From: an uncultured Spirochaetaceae bacterium
GTDB lineage: Bacteria; Spirochaetota; Spirochaetia; DSM-16054; Sediminispirochaetaceae
DNA length: 64,000 nucleotides
Assembly: GCA_964346455.1 (NCBI GenBank)
Contig: CAYFUX010000004.1
Span: 44,959 to 108,958 of the forward strand
Direction: 5' to 3'
Shown here: in pieces, positions 26,589 through 35,205 of the stretch
Position numbering within the stretch: position 1 is the first letter of the stretch
Layout: each line of letters begins with the position of its first letter
Program-made: the position numbers and the translations under genes
The notes under the pieces: generated by a model
Told to the model about the DNA's origin: nothing
The model's database searches: none
The model's input: only the letters and a program-made list of their open reading frames with translations

Positions 26589-27395
26589 TCAGCCGTTGCG
26601 GCTGCGAAGGACGTGCTGCAGGAGCGCGGGGTCGTCGGTGAAAATCCCGTCCGCTCCCATGTCGAGGAGCCGTTCCATCGCTTCTCCTTGGTTTATGGTC
26701 CACACTTGGACCCATAGCTTAGCGGCGTGGGCTCTGCGAATAAACGCAGGGGTGACCACGGTGATCCCTGCGTAGCGGACCGGAACCTGCAGCACCATTC
26801 CCGGCGTGCGGGGCGGGGGAAGTACCCGTGCTTTCTGCCGCAGCACGAAAGAGGCTGCTTCCCGTTTCGAGAAGCTCGTGATCAGGCGGGGAAGGCGGGT
26901 TCGCAAATGGACGAGGGTAGGATGAGAAAAGCTGGCTCCGAGTACCCGCTCATCCGCGCGATGGGCACGGATAATATTGGTAAAGCGCTCCACCAAACGC
27001 GTGTCAGGGTCTTTGAGGTCGATGTTGAAGCGCATATGGGGCAATTCCTCCAGGAGCTGTTCAAGGGTGGGGATGCGGATCCCCCGGCCCCGGAAGGGGA
27101 AGCTTACTCCGCCGTCGGGAGTAAAGTGGTAGCCCGCATCAAGGGACTGCAGTTCATCGAGGCTGTGTTCCTTTATCGCTCCGTGTCCCTCGCTCATTCT
27201 CTCTACAGACTCGTCGTGCCACACCACGCACTCTCCATCCCGGGTGAGGTGGACATCCGTTTCGATGCAGTCCACCCCCATTTGGGCAGCACTGCGGAAG
27301 GCCGGGAGAGTATTTTCCGGGTAGCGGACGGAGTCGCCGCGATGAGCGCATACTATAGGAAAGGGATGTATAAAGGGATGGCGGATCGGTTCCAT
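26589..27395 (-). CDS. glycerophosphodiester phosphodiesterase
   Basis: GDPD motifs AHRGDSVRYPENT, IETDVHLTRDGECVVWHD and QVWTIN. Start set at ATG 27395. Confidence 0.85.
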   Translation of the reverse strand: MEPIRHPFIHPFPIVCAHRGDSVRYPENTLPAFRSAAQMGVDCIETDVHLTRDGECVVWHDESVERMSEGHGAIKEHSLDELQSLDAGYHFTPDGGVSFPFRGRGIRIPTLEQLLEELPHMRFNIDLKDPDTRLVERFTNIIRAHRADERVLGASFSHPTLVHLRTRLPRLITSFSKREAASFVLRQKARVLPPPRTPGMVLQVPVRYAGITVVTPAFIRRAHAAKLWVQVWTINQGEAMERLLDMGADGIFTDDPALLQHVLRSRNG

Positions 27396-27444
27396 CGGCA
27401 GCGTCTCCCTTTTCGCGCACAAGTTTAAGTGATAGCGTATTCGT

Positions 27445-28341
27445 ATGAAGCTGCCTCGTCAAGTTACGGCTGTGATTGTCCCGCCGGCACCCGTGTTGGT
27501 GGCGGGAGTGCTCTTTGCCTCCTTCTCTTCCATTTTTATTCGTCTCTCCTCCGCTCCTCCGTTGGTAATAGCGTTTTACCGTATGACCTTTGCCGCTGTG
27601 CTGATTGCTCCCTGGTTTTTTGCTAAAACCCTGCGGGAGTTGAAAGCTCTCAGCGCCCGGGAAATCCGGCTCTTGCTTGCCAGCGGGGTAAGTTTGGGGT
27701 TGCATTTTGCAACCTGGATCACCTCCCTCAGCTACACCAGTGTTGCCAGCTCGGTGGTTCTAGTCAGCACGCATCCCATACTCGTGTATCTTTTGAGCCG
27801 GCTTTTTTTGCGGGAGGCGGGGAGCATGCGAAGACTTCTTTTCGTACTTCTTGCGGTGGCCGGCAGCGGGGTGCTCTCTGCTGGTGATTTTGGAAAAGGC
27901 TCGAACGCGCTGTTTGGGGATCTATTGGCACTGCTGGGCGCCGCAAGCGTAGCGGTGTATCTCGTGATCGGCAGATCGGTTCGGGCGCAGCGCAGTCTGA
28001 CGCTCTACACGTTTGTGGTGTATACCGTCAGTGCGCTGTTCCTCCTGAGCTGTGTGACCGCCGCCGGCAACCGATTGTACCCGTATCCGCCCCGGGATTT
28101 CCTCCTTTTTGCCGCATTGGCGGTCGTGTGCACGCTGCTGGGCCACAGCATCTATAACTGGGCCCTGCGATATCTTACCTCCACCTTTGTATCCGTGAGT
28201 GTGTTGATAGAACCGGTGGCTGCTTCAGTTATGGCCTACCTGTTTTTCGGCGAGGTCCCTAATGCACTGAACGCGTTCGGTGCGGCACTGATTTTGGCCG
28301 GCATATACGGGTATAGCCGGCTGCGGGAAGGCGGGAATTGA
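27445..28341 (+). CDS. EamA/DMT-family transporter
   Basis: About 10 TM helices arranged as two EamA-like halves. 298 aa. Confidence 0.8.
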   Translation: MKLPRQVTAVIVPPAPVLVAGVLFASFSSIFIRLSSAPPLVIAFYRMTFAAVLIAPWFFAKTLRELKALSAREIRLLLASGVSLGLHFATWITSLSYTSVASSVVLVSTHPILVYLLSRLFLREAGSMRRLLFVLLAVAGSGVLSAGDFGKGSNALFGDLLALLGAASVAVYLVIGRSVRAQRSLTLYTFVVYTVSALFLLSCVTAAGNRLYPYPPRDFLLFAALAVVCTLLGHSIYNWALRYLTSTFVSVSVLIEPVAASVMAYLFFGEVPNALNAFGAALILAGIYGYSRLREGGN

Positions 28342-28366
28342 CAACCGGGGGAGGGCGCTTTAGACT
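28338..28366 (+). promoter_or_regulatory. sigma70-like promoter TTGACA-17-TAGACT for the GH65-bPGM gene
   Basis: -35 at 28338-28343 and -10 at 28361-28366. Confidence 0.6.
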
Positions 28367-28373
28367 GCAATAG

Positions 28374-28387
28374 TGCAACCGTGTGCA
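28374..28387 (+). promoter_or_regulatory. LacI-type operator copy 2 (TGCAACCGTGTGCA)
   Basis: Exact 14-mer 7 nt downstream of the -10 and 22 nt upstream of ATG 28410. Confidence 0.7.
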
Positions 28388-28409
28388 TAAACTACCAAAG
28401 GGAGCTGAC

Positions 28410-31394
28410 ATGTCAGAGGAGAATACAGCATACCATCCCTGGAAGATCGCCGAGCACGATATAGACGAAGCTCGCATGGACGACCGCGAAGCGCTTTTTA
28501 CCGTGGCAAACGGGCTGCTCGGGGTCCGGGGTACTCTCGAGGAGGGAAGTTATGCGTGGTGCAGAGGCACGTATCTAAACGGATTTTATGAGACGGGACC
28601 GATTGAATATGGCGAACGGGCCTACGGATTTCCCGAGGAGAGTCAGACGATACTCAACGTAGCGGATGCCCGGAAAATTCTGCTGCGGATCAATGGCGAG
28701 GTCTTCGATCTCACACAGGGCGAGCTGGAAGCGTACGTACGCGAAATGGATATGCGGGAAGGTGTGCTGCGGCGCAGCCTCGTGTGGAAAAGTCCCGGCG
28801 GAACGCGAGTTCGCTATGAATCGAGCCGCTTCACCCCTCTGACGCGCCCGGGGATTATGGTGCAGCGCTGCAGTGTGACGCCCCTCGAGGAAGAGATTCA
28901 GATCGAACTGGTCAGCAGTATTGACGGAGAGGTCTACAATCTGAGGGAAGAAGGGGGGGACCCCCGTGCGGGGGGGCGCTTGGACGAACGTAGCCTGCGC
29001 TACGACCCCCCGCGGCGCGGTGAAAACGGCGGAGTGCTGCGGGCCTGCACCGCGGCTTCCGGACTGGCCTATGCCGTTGCCGTTGGACATCGGGTGCGCT
29101 CCGGCGGCAAGGAGGTGGACGGGGAAATCCGCAGCTTTGCCGCCGATTGTGAGGCGGGTATTGTCGTCGAACGCACCGTGTCCCCGGGGCAGGAGGTGGA
29201 ACTCGAGAAGTATGCGGCCTACACCTATGGAGAGGCTGAGGAGCTTGATACACTCGAAGAGCAGGTCGGAAGCTTCTGTGACAAAGCGTGTGCCGCAGGC
29301 GTGGAGACGCTGCAAAGAGAGCACTTTGCATATCTGGCCGGCTTTTGGGAACGGGCGGATATCCAGATAGACGGCGACCCGCTTCTTCAGCAGGGAATAC
29401 ATTTTAATATGTTCCATCTCCTCCAGTCCATCGGCAGAGACGGGAAGACGAGCATTGCCGCCAAGGGGCTTACCGGCGAGGGATACGAGGGGCATTATTT
29501 CTGGGACACAGAGATCTATGTACTGCCCCTTTTCACCTATACTGCTCCGGAGATAGCGAAAAGGCTCCTAGAATACCGCTATTCGGTCTTGGAGCCTGCC
29601 AGATGGCGTGCAGCGGAAATGAGCCAGCGGGGCGCCCTCTTCCCGTGGCGGACCATCAACGGGCACGAAGCCTCGGCCTACTTTCTTGCCGGCACCGCGC
29701 AATACCACATCGATGCAGATATCTCGTACGGTATAAAGAAGTACCTGCAGGTCAGCGGAGATCAGGAGTTTCGACGTAAGGCGGCGGAGATTTTGGTGGA
29801 GACCGCCCGGATGTGGGCAGACCTTGGCGGCTATGTATCCCGGCGGGGAGGCGCGTTTTGCATCAACGGGGTAACCGGACCGGACGAATACACCGCCTTG
29901 GTCAATAACAACTATTACACTAACGTAATGGCGAAGGATAACCTTTTGACTGCGGCGGATCTAGTGGAGAATATTCGCGCAGAGGAGCCGGAGAGGTTTC
30001 GGGAGCTCGTCGCGGCGGTCTCGCTGCAGAAGGGCGAGCCGGAAGAGTGGCGTAAGGCGGGTGAGGCGATGTACTTGCCCTATGATCGAGAAATGGGTAT
30101 TCACGCTCAGGACGACACCTTTCTTGAGAAAGAGATCTGGAATATCGCCGCCATACCGCCGGAAAATCGGCCGCTGCTGCTTCACTACCATCCGCTGGTG
30201 ATCTACCGCTACCAGATTCTCAAACAGGCGGATACCGTGTTGGCGCTTTTTCTACAGGGCGAGCGGTTTAGGCTGGCGGAGAAAAAACGCGATTTTGATT
30301 ACTACGATCCGCTTACAACCGGCGACTCCTCGCTCTCCCCTTGTGTACAGAGCATTATCGCCGCCGAGGTAGGCTATCGTGAAAAGGCGTACGGGTATCT
30401 GAAGCAGACCGCCAGAATAGACCTCGACAACGTAAACGGTAATGTGCGAGATGGAATCCACACTGCCGCGATGGCGGGAACCTGGTCTGCGGTCGTGTAC
30501 GGTCTTGCGGGACTGCGGGATTACGACGGCGTGCCGCAATTCCGTCCCCATATTCCCTCCGTCTGGAGTCGCCTCACCTTCTCCCTGACCGTCAGAGGAC
30601 GTCTGCTGGAGGTGTCGATCACTCACGACGAGGTGGCGTATGCACTCAAAGAAGGCCATTCCCTCTCTCTTTTTCACGAAGGGAAAGAGCATACCGTATT
30701 CGCAGGCTCTCCGCTCGTCTTTTCGAATCGGCCCGACCTCGAAGCCGTGATTTTTGATCTCGACGGCGTGATCACCGATTCGGCAGAATATCATTACCAA
30801 GCCTGGAAACGCCTCTGCGAGGAGCTGGAAATACCCTTTGATAGGGATTTCAACCATAATCTGCGCGGGGTGGGGCGAATGGAGAGTTTGGAATTGATCC
30901 TGTCGCGGGTTCCCGAACGGCAGTATAGCGAAGCGGAAAAGCGTACGTACGCCAATCGGAAAAACGAGTACTACAAGGAGCTGATTACCCAGATTACCCC
31001 CGATGACCTTCTTCCGGGTATCCCGGAGCTTCTGCAAGAGCTCCGGAAAGCGGACATACGGATCGCCCTCGCCTCTGCAAGCCGCAATGCGGTGACGATC
31101 GTTGAGCAGCTGCAGATCGGCGAGCAGCTCGATGTAATGACCGACCCGGATCATCTCCAGAAAGGGAAGCCCGATCCCGAGCAGTTCTTTATGGCGGCGG
31201 ATATGCTGGAGCTTCCGTACCGCAACTGTGTGGGCGTCGAAGATGCGCAGGCGGGTATAGAGGCGATCAACGACGCCGGCATGTTCTCCGTGGGAATAGG
31301 CAATTACCTCGAAGGGGCCGATTGGATATGCAGCGATACTTCGGAGCTGACGCTAAAGCGGCTGCGGGAGGAGTTTCACCGCACGGTGAGCTGA
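28410..31394 (+). CDS. GH65 alpha-glucoside phosphorylase fused to beta-phosphoglucomutase
   Basis: GH65 core (GEGYEGHYFWDTEIY and catalytic-acid region GVTGPDEYTALVNNNYYTN). The C-terminal roughly 230 aa are a HAD-type beta-PGM (VIFDLDGVITDSAEYHYQAWKRL...GKPDPEQF...GVEDAQAGIEAINDAGM). Start at ATG 28410 with RBS AAAGGGAG. Confidence 0.9.
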   Translation: MSEENTAYHPWKIAEHDIDEARMDDREALFTVANGLLGVRGTLEEGSYAWCRGTYLNGFYETGPIEYGERAYGFPEESQTILNVADARKILLRINGEVFDLTQGELEAYVREMDMREGVLRRSLVWKSPGGTRVRYESSRFTPLTRPGIMVQRCSVTPLEEEIQIELVSSIDGEVYNLREEGGDPRAGGRLDERSLRYDPPRRGENGGVLRACTAASGLAYAVAVGHRVRSGGKEVDGEIRSFAADCEAGIVVERTVSPGQEVELEKYAAYTYGEAEELDTLEEQVGSFCDKACAAGVETLQREHFAYLAGFWERADIQIDGDPLLQQGIHFNMFHLLQSIGRDGKTSIAAKGLTGEGYEGHYFWDTEIYVLPLFTYTAPEIAKRLLEYRYSVLEPARWRAAEMSQRGALFPWRTINGHEASAYFLAGTAQYHIDADISYGIKKYLQVSGDQEFRRKAAEILVETARMWADLGGYVSRRGGAFCINGVTGPDEYTALVNNNYYTNVMAKDNLLTAADLVENIRAEEPERFRELVAAVSLQKGEPEEWRKAGEAMYLPYDREMGIHAQDDTFLEKEIWNIAAIPPENRPLLLHYHPLVIYRYQILKQADTVLALFLQGERFRLAEKKRDFDYYDPLTTGDSSLSPCVQSIIAAEVGYREKAYGYLKQTARIDLDNVNGNVRDGIHTAAMAGTWSAVVYGLAGLRDYDGVPQFRPHIPSVWSRLTFSLTVRGRLLEVSITHDEVAYALKEGHSLSLFHEGKEHTVFAGSPLVFSNRPDLEAVIFDLDGVITDSAEYHYQAWKRLCEELEIPFDRDFNHNLRGVGRMESLELILSRVPERQYSEAEKRTYANRKNEYYKELITQITPDDLLPGIPELLQELRKADIRIALASASRNAVTIVEQLQIGEQLDVMTDPDHLQKGKPDPEQFFMAADMLELPYRNCVGVEDAQAGIEAINDAGMFSVGIGNYLEGADWICSDTSELTLKRLREEFHRTVS

Positions 31395-31598
31395 ACTCGT
31401 ACTAAGCGCTGGATACGGTGAGCTGAGTTCCTTCCTCTCCGGCCGCTATCCGCAATAGTATTTGCAATAGATTTGGAGTGACCCGCAGCCCTCACTGCGG
31501 CCGTTGTGCACAAGCCCCGGCACGTCTGCGGTGCGGGGCCTCCTTGTTAGGCCATTGTTAGCCCCAAAAGGGCGACCCCCCGTGAACGTGAAGCGCTC

Positions 31599-33914
31599 TT
31601 ACAGCTCCCGCTTGACAGTTTGACCGGGGGCGAGGGTATACGGCGTACCCCGGTACCATACCGTCACCTCTTCCTGATTGCTTTCCTTAGAGACGATCGT
31701 TAATCCGTCGCGTTCGAGTTCCACCTGAAACTGGTTCCAGCGGTAAACCAGAGGAAAGGCGATTCGACGCCACTGCTTTGGAAGGTGCGGCTCAAAGACC
31801 ATCCCTTCAGGGGTGGTGCGGAAACCGGTAAAGCCAAAGACGACCATCTGCCAGGCGATGCCGCAGGCGGCGGTATGGATGCCGCCGATGAAGGTCCCGC
31901 CGCTGCTGGGGGGATTGGTGGTGTAGAGGTCTATGGTGCAGCTGTGATGAAAATACTCGTAGGCTTGCTCGTGATGTTCGATGCGGGAGGCAACGATAGA
32001 GTGTACTGCAGGGCTGAGCGAACTGCGGTGCTGGGTGTGGGGTTCGTAATATTCGTAGTTGGCTTTTATCGTCTCCCGGTCAAAACGGTCGGGATGCAGG
32101 CAGAAAAGCTGAACTACATCGGCCTGTTTGATGACTTGCGTGCTAACGGCGACTCCGTTGGGCCATCCCCAGTACTCTCCAGGATCCTTTAGCCTCTCGG
32201 CGAGAGCCTCCGGCGTGGTATCCTCCAACTGGAAGTAGCCTCTGAACTGCTCGATGAGGTCGCCGGGTTTCTCCGGGGAGGGGAGGTGAAGGTGTGCATG
32301 CATATGGCGCCAGAGCTCGATATGCCGCTCCTCGAGGGCTATATTTTCTCGCAATGTGTGGAGACTCTCCGGCTCTTCGGAGGCAAGACGGTCGTACACT
32401 TCCAGCGCCGCATTCAGGGCGTAGCTTGCCTGGTGGTTGGTGAAGGCGTTGTTGTCCACGTTTTCATGGTATTCATCCGGCCCGAGGACACGAACGATGT
32501 CGTAACGGTCCTGGTCCTTTTTATAGTAGGCGTGGGAGATGAGGAACTGAGCAATTTCAAAGAGCATCTCTGCTCCTCTGCTGCGAATAAACTCCCAATC
32601 GCCGGTGGCGAGGTAGTAGTGCCATACTGCGTAGGCGATGTCGGGGGAAATGTGGATCTGCCAGTTGTTGAAATGGTTGCGGAGCTTACGCCCGGTAAGC
32701 ACGTCGCTGAAAAAGTAGTCGGGACAGAGCTCGTCCCCGGTGTCACCGCTGATCCAGGGGTAGAACGCCCCGTAGTATCCCAGGTTCTTGGCTTTCCGGC
32801 GGGCCCCGTCGATGACCCGATGGCGGTAGACCAGCAAGTTACGGGCTACCTCGGGATTAGTATAAAGGTACATCGGCAGGTTGAAAATCTCCTGGTCCCA
32901 GAAGGCCGCCCCCTGGTACGCCTGACAGGAAAGTCCCCGGGCGCCGATGGGCAGGTGATCGGTGTGGGCCGGAGTGGCGATAATGTTGTGGTAGAAGTTG
33001 TAGTGGAGCAGAGCCTGGGCGTTGTCATCGCTCTCTACCCGGATATCGTACAGGTCCCATAAACGGTCCCACACGTGGTCGCTCCTGGCCGCCTCTGCGG
33101 CATATCCATGCTCCGCAGTTTTGCGGGCTTGCTCTTCAGCAGCCCGGGTGGGCTCTCCCGTATCGTTTCCGGAGTAGACGCTCATCATGTGCTCGAGCAC
33201 GATCGACTCTCCCGGCTGCAGTTCGAAGGTGAGTGAGCGGATAATCGAACGGCCGTGCTCATCGATCTGCTCGTCAAGGGGAGCGACGCCGTGGAGCGAA
33301 AAGCCCTGGGCGACGCTCACCGGAAGGCCGTTCTCGGTGGTACTGCACTCTACTCCCAGGACTCCCTCGGCTGCGAAAGGGATGCAGCGGGAAAAATGGT
33401 CCCCGTTCAGGCTCCACACCTCCCCATCGATGCCGGTCTGCACTTCTACCCGTCCGCCTGTATGGGCGGTGAAGGTAACTTTTTGGGGGACGAGGTGGAG
33501 GGAGGCGTAACTGGCAAAGCGCTCGAAGGAGAGGGAATACTCGCCTCCTTCCGCGGAACGCCAGCGATAGCCTCCGTAGGTACGACCGTGCCGAAAATCG
33601 AGGGAGAGGCTGAAGTCCGCGGCCCTTTTGTCGTAGAGACTGAGGGGAGTATCCCCTACAAAAAAGCGGGTGAAAAGGGCATTGGGTACGGTACACAACT
33701 CTTTCCATTTCCCATCGGCGTTATCGTACGTATCGCTGACTACACAGCCTACGTAGTCCTCTCTGGTCCATTCGGGAAAGGTGCCTCGGTATCCAAGATA
33801 GCCGTTGCCGGTCATGAAGTTGCTGCCGATCGTGACAATATGCGAGGGGTCGAAACGGGTCTCGTTGATGGTCCAGTCGCCGGTAATACGAATGGGGCTC
33901 TCTCTACGGTCCAT
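31599..33914 (-). CDS. GH65-family phosphorylase (kojibiose/nigerose/trehalose-type; specificity unresolved)
   Basis: 771 aa. SNFMTGNGYLGYRG, GAAFWDQEIF and catalytic-acid region VLGPDEYHENVDNNAFTN. Confidence 0.9.
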   Translation of the reverse strand: MDRRESPIRITGDWTINETRFDPSHIVTIGSNFMTGNGYLGYRGTFPEWTREDYVGCVVSDTYDNADGKWKELCTVPNALFTRFFVGDTPLSLYDKRAADFSLSLDFRHGRTYGGYRWRSAEGGEYSLSFERFASYASLHLVPQKVTFTAHTGGRVEVQTGIDGEVWSLNGDHFSRCIPFAAEGVLGVECSTTENGLPVSVAQGFSLHGVAPLDEQIDEHGRSIIRSLTFELQPGESIVLEHMMSVYSGNDTGEPTRAAEEQARKTAEHGYAAEAARSDHVWDRLWDLYDIRVESDDNAQALLHYNFYHNIIATPAHTDHLPIGARGLSCQAYQGAAFWDQEIFNLPMYLYTNPEVARNLLVYRHRVIDGARRKAKNLGYYGAFYPWISGDTGDELCPDYFFSDVLTGRKLRNHFNNWQIHISPDIAYAVWHYYLATGDWEFIRSRGAEMLFEIAQFLISHAYYKKDQDRYDIVRVLGPDEYHENVDNNAFTNHQASYALNAALEVYDRLASEEPESLHTLRENIALEERHIELWRHMHAHLHLPSPEKPGDLIEQFRGYFQLEDTTPEALAERLKDPGEYWGWPNGVAVSTQVIKQADVVQLFCLHPDRFDRETIKANYEYYEPHTQHRSSLSPAVHSIVASRIEHHEQAYEYFHHSCTIDLYTTNPPSSGGTFIGGIHTAACGIAWQMVVFGFTGFRTTPEGMVFEPHLPKQWRRIAFPLVYRWNQFQVELERDGLTIVSKESNQEEVTVWYRGTPYTLAPGQTVKREL

Positions 33915-33944
33915 ACCTTCTCTCTCAAAACAGGGTTGAACATC

Positions 33945-33973
33945 AGTATAAATTGTTATGCAACCGTGTGCAA
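33945..33973 (-). promoter_or_regulatory. sigma70-like promoter TTGCAC-17-TATACT (minus strand) for the GH65 gene
   Basis: The reverse complement reads TTGCAC (33973-33968), a 17-nt spacer, then TATACT (33950-33945). Confidence 0.55.
33959..33972 (+). promoter_or_regulatory. LacI-type operator copy 3 (TGCAACCGTGTGCA)
   Basis: Exact 14-mer sitting between and over the -35/-10 of the minus-strand promoter. Preceded by TTA, which completes the outer palindrome arm. Confidence 0.7.
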
Positions 33974-33997
33974 CCAGGGGCGGCTGTCCGTGTTTCC

Positions 33998-34025
33998 TTG
34001 ACAGTGGAAAATAAAGCGGTATACT
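33998..34025 (+). promoter_or_regulatory. sigma70-like promoter TTGACA-16-TATACT for the LacI-family gene
   Basis: -35 at 33998-34003 and -10 at 34020-34025. Confidence 0.6.
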
Positions 34026-34036
34026 GATGCTATAGG

Positions 34037-34050
34037 TGCAACCGTGTGCA
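34037..34050 (+). promoter_or_regulatory. LacI-type operator copy 4 (TGCAACCGTGTGCA), implying autoregulation
   Basis: Exact 14-mer 11 nt downstream of the -10 of the regulator's own promoter. Confidence 0.7.
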
Positions 34051-34084
34051 TTAGCATTGATCGAAAGAACTATGGGAAGGTTGT

Positions 34085-35134
34085 ATGAGTGACAGCAGTT
34101 CGGGGCGGGACAACGATTCGATAACGATAAAAGATATTGCCAGAATTGCGGGAGTAAGTCATTCCACCGTTTCCCGCAGCCTCAACGACAGCCCGCTGAT
34201 TTCGGAGCATACCAAGAATCGGATAAAGCATATAGCCCAAGACCTCAATTTCGCTTTCAATGCCAGCGCCCAGAGTCTTTCCACGCAAAAGACTGATACG
34301 GTGGGAATTATCTATCCCGAACTATTCGATACTTTTGGCAACAGTCTCTATCTGGGGCTGCTGGTGCAGGGCATCCGTCACGGCTTGGAAAAAGCCTCCT
34401 TGGACAGTATAGGAACGTTTCCGCGGAACCACTATACCGAGGAAAGCAATATCCGTAAGCTTATCAGCCGCAAGAAAATCATCGGTCTGCTCGTGATTCA
34501 CCCCGAAGTCCCGAAGGAGGATTGGGAGTATATCCGCGAGAGTCAGCTTCCCTTTGTAGTGCTGCACTTCAAACCCAGGAGCGTCGACTATTCCTGGATG
34601 GATTATATCTTTACCGACCATGTCAGCGGCGGGCATATGGCTACTGAGACCCTGATAAGAGCGGGGGCTAAGAATATTCTTTGCATGCGGGAAAACTCGA
34701 AAGAGAATCAGTTTGAGGAACGGACCGAAGGCTATAGAAGGGCACTCCGGGACCACGGTTTACCGGTTCGGGAAGAGATGATTGAATACGGCGATTGTTC
34801 CTTTGAGTTTGGTTACGAGAGAATAATGGCTCGGAAAGAGGAACTCGACAAGATAGACGGAATATTTGCCGAAGCGGATTTGGTGGCCATCGGGGCGATA
34901 GAAGCGCTCAAGGATCTGAGGGTGAGGATTCCGGAAGATATTCGGGTTATCGGATATGACGATACGGAACTCGGCAAGTTTTTCCGGCCTAAGCTCACGA
35001 CCGTTCACCAGCCTAGAGAGGAGCACGCCAAGCTGGCTTGTGAGCGCCTTATCGAGTTGTTGGAGGATAATCGGGGCGGCGGTCCTCTGCAGAGGGTGAT
35101 CGAGCCGCTGATGATGTACCGGGAAACCTGTTGA
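34085..35134 (+). CDS. LacI-family transcriptional regulator
   Basis: N-terminal helix-turn-helix ITIKDIARIAGVSHSTVSRSLN and a periplasmic-binding-protein-like effector domain. Confidence 0.9.
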   Translation: MSDSSSGRDNDSITIKDIARIAGVSHSTVSRSLNDSPLISEHTKNRIKHIAQDLNFAFNASAQSLSTQKTDTVGIIYPELFDTFGNSLYLGLLVQGIRHGLEKASLDSIGTFPRNHYTEESNIRKLISRKKIIGLLVIHPEVPKEDWEYIRESQLPFVVLHFKPRSVDYSWMDYIFTDHVSGGHMATETLIRAGAKNILCMRENSKENQFEERTEGYRRALRDHGLPVREEMIEYGDCSFEFGYERIMARKEELDKIDGIFAEADLVAIGAIEALKDLRVRIPEDIRVIGYDDTELGKFFRPKLTTVHQPREEHAKLACERLIELLEDNRGGGPLQRVIEPLMMYRETC

Positions 35135-35205
35135 ATCGCAGGGCATTCCTTTCTACCTTCATCGATACGGTTGATTACAAAAACGATTATCATTAATGTA
35201 AAGCT

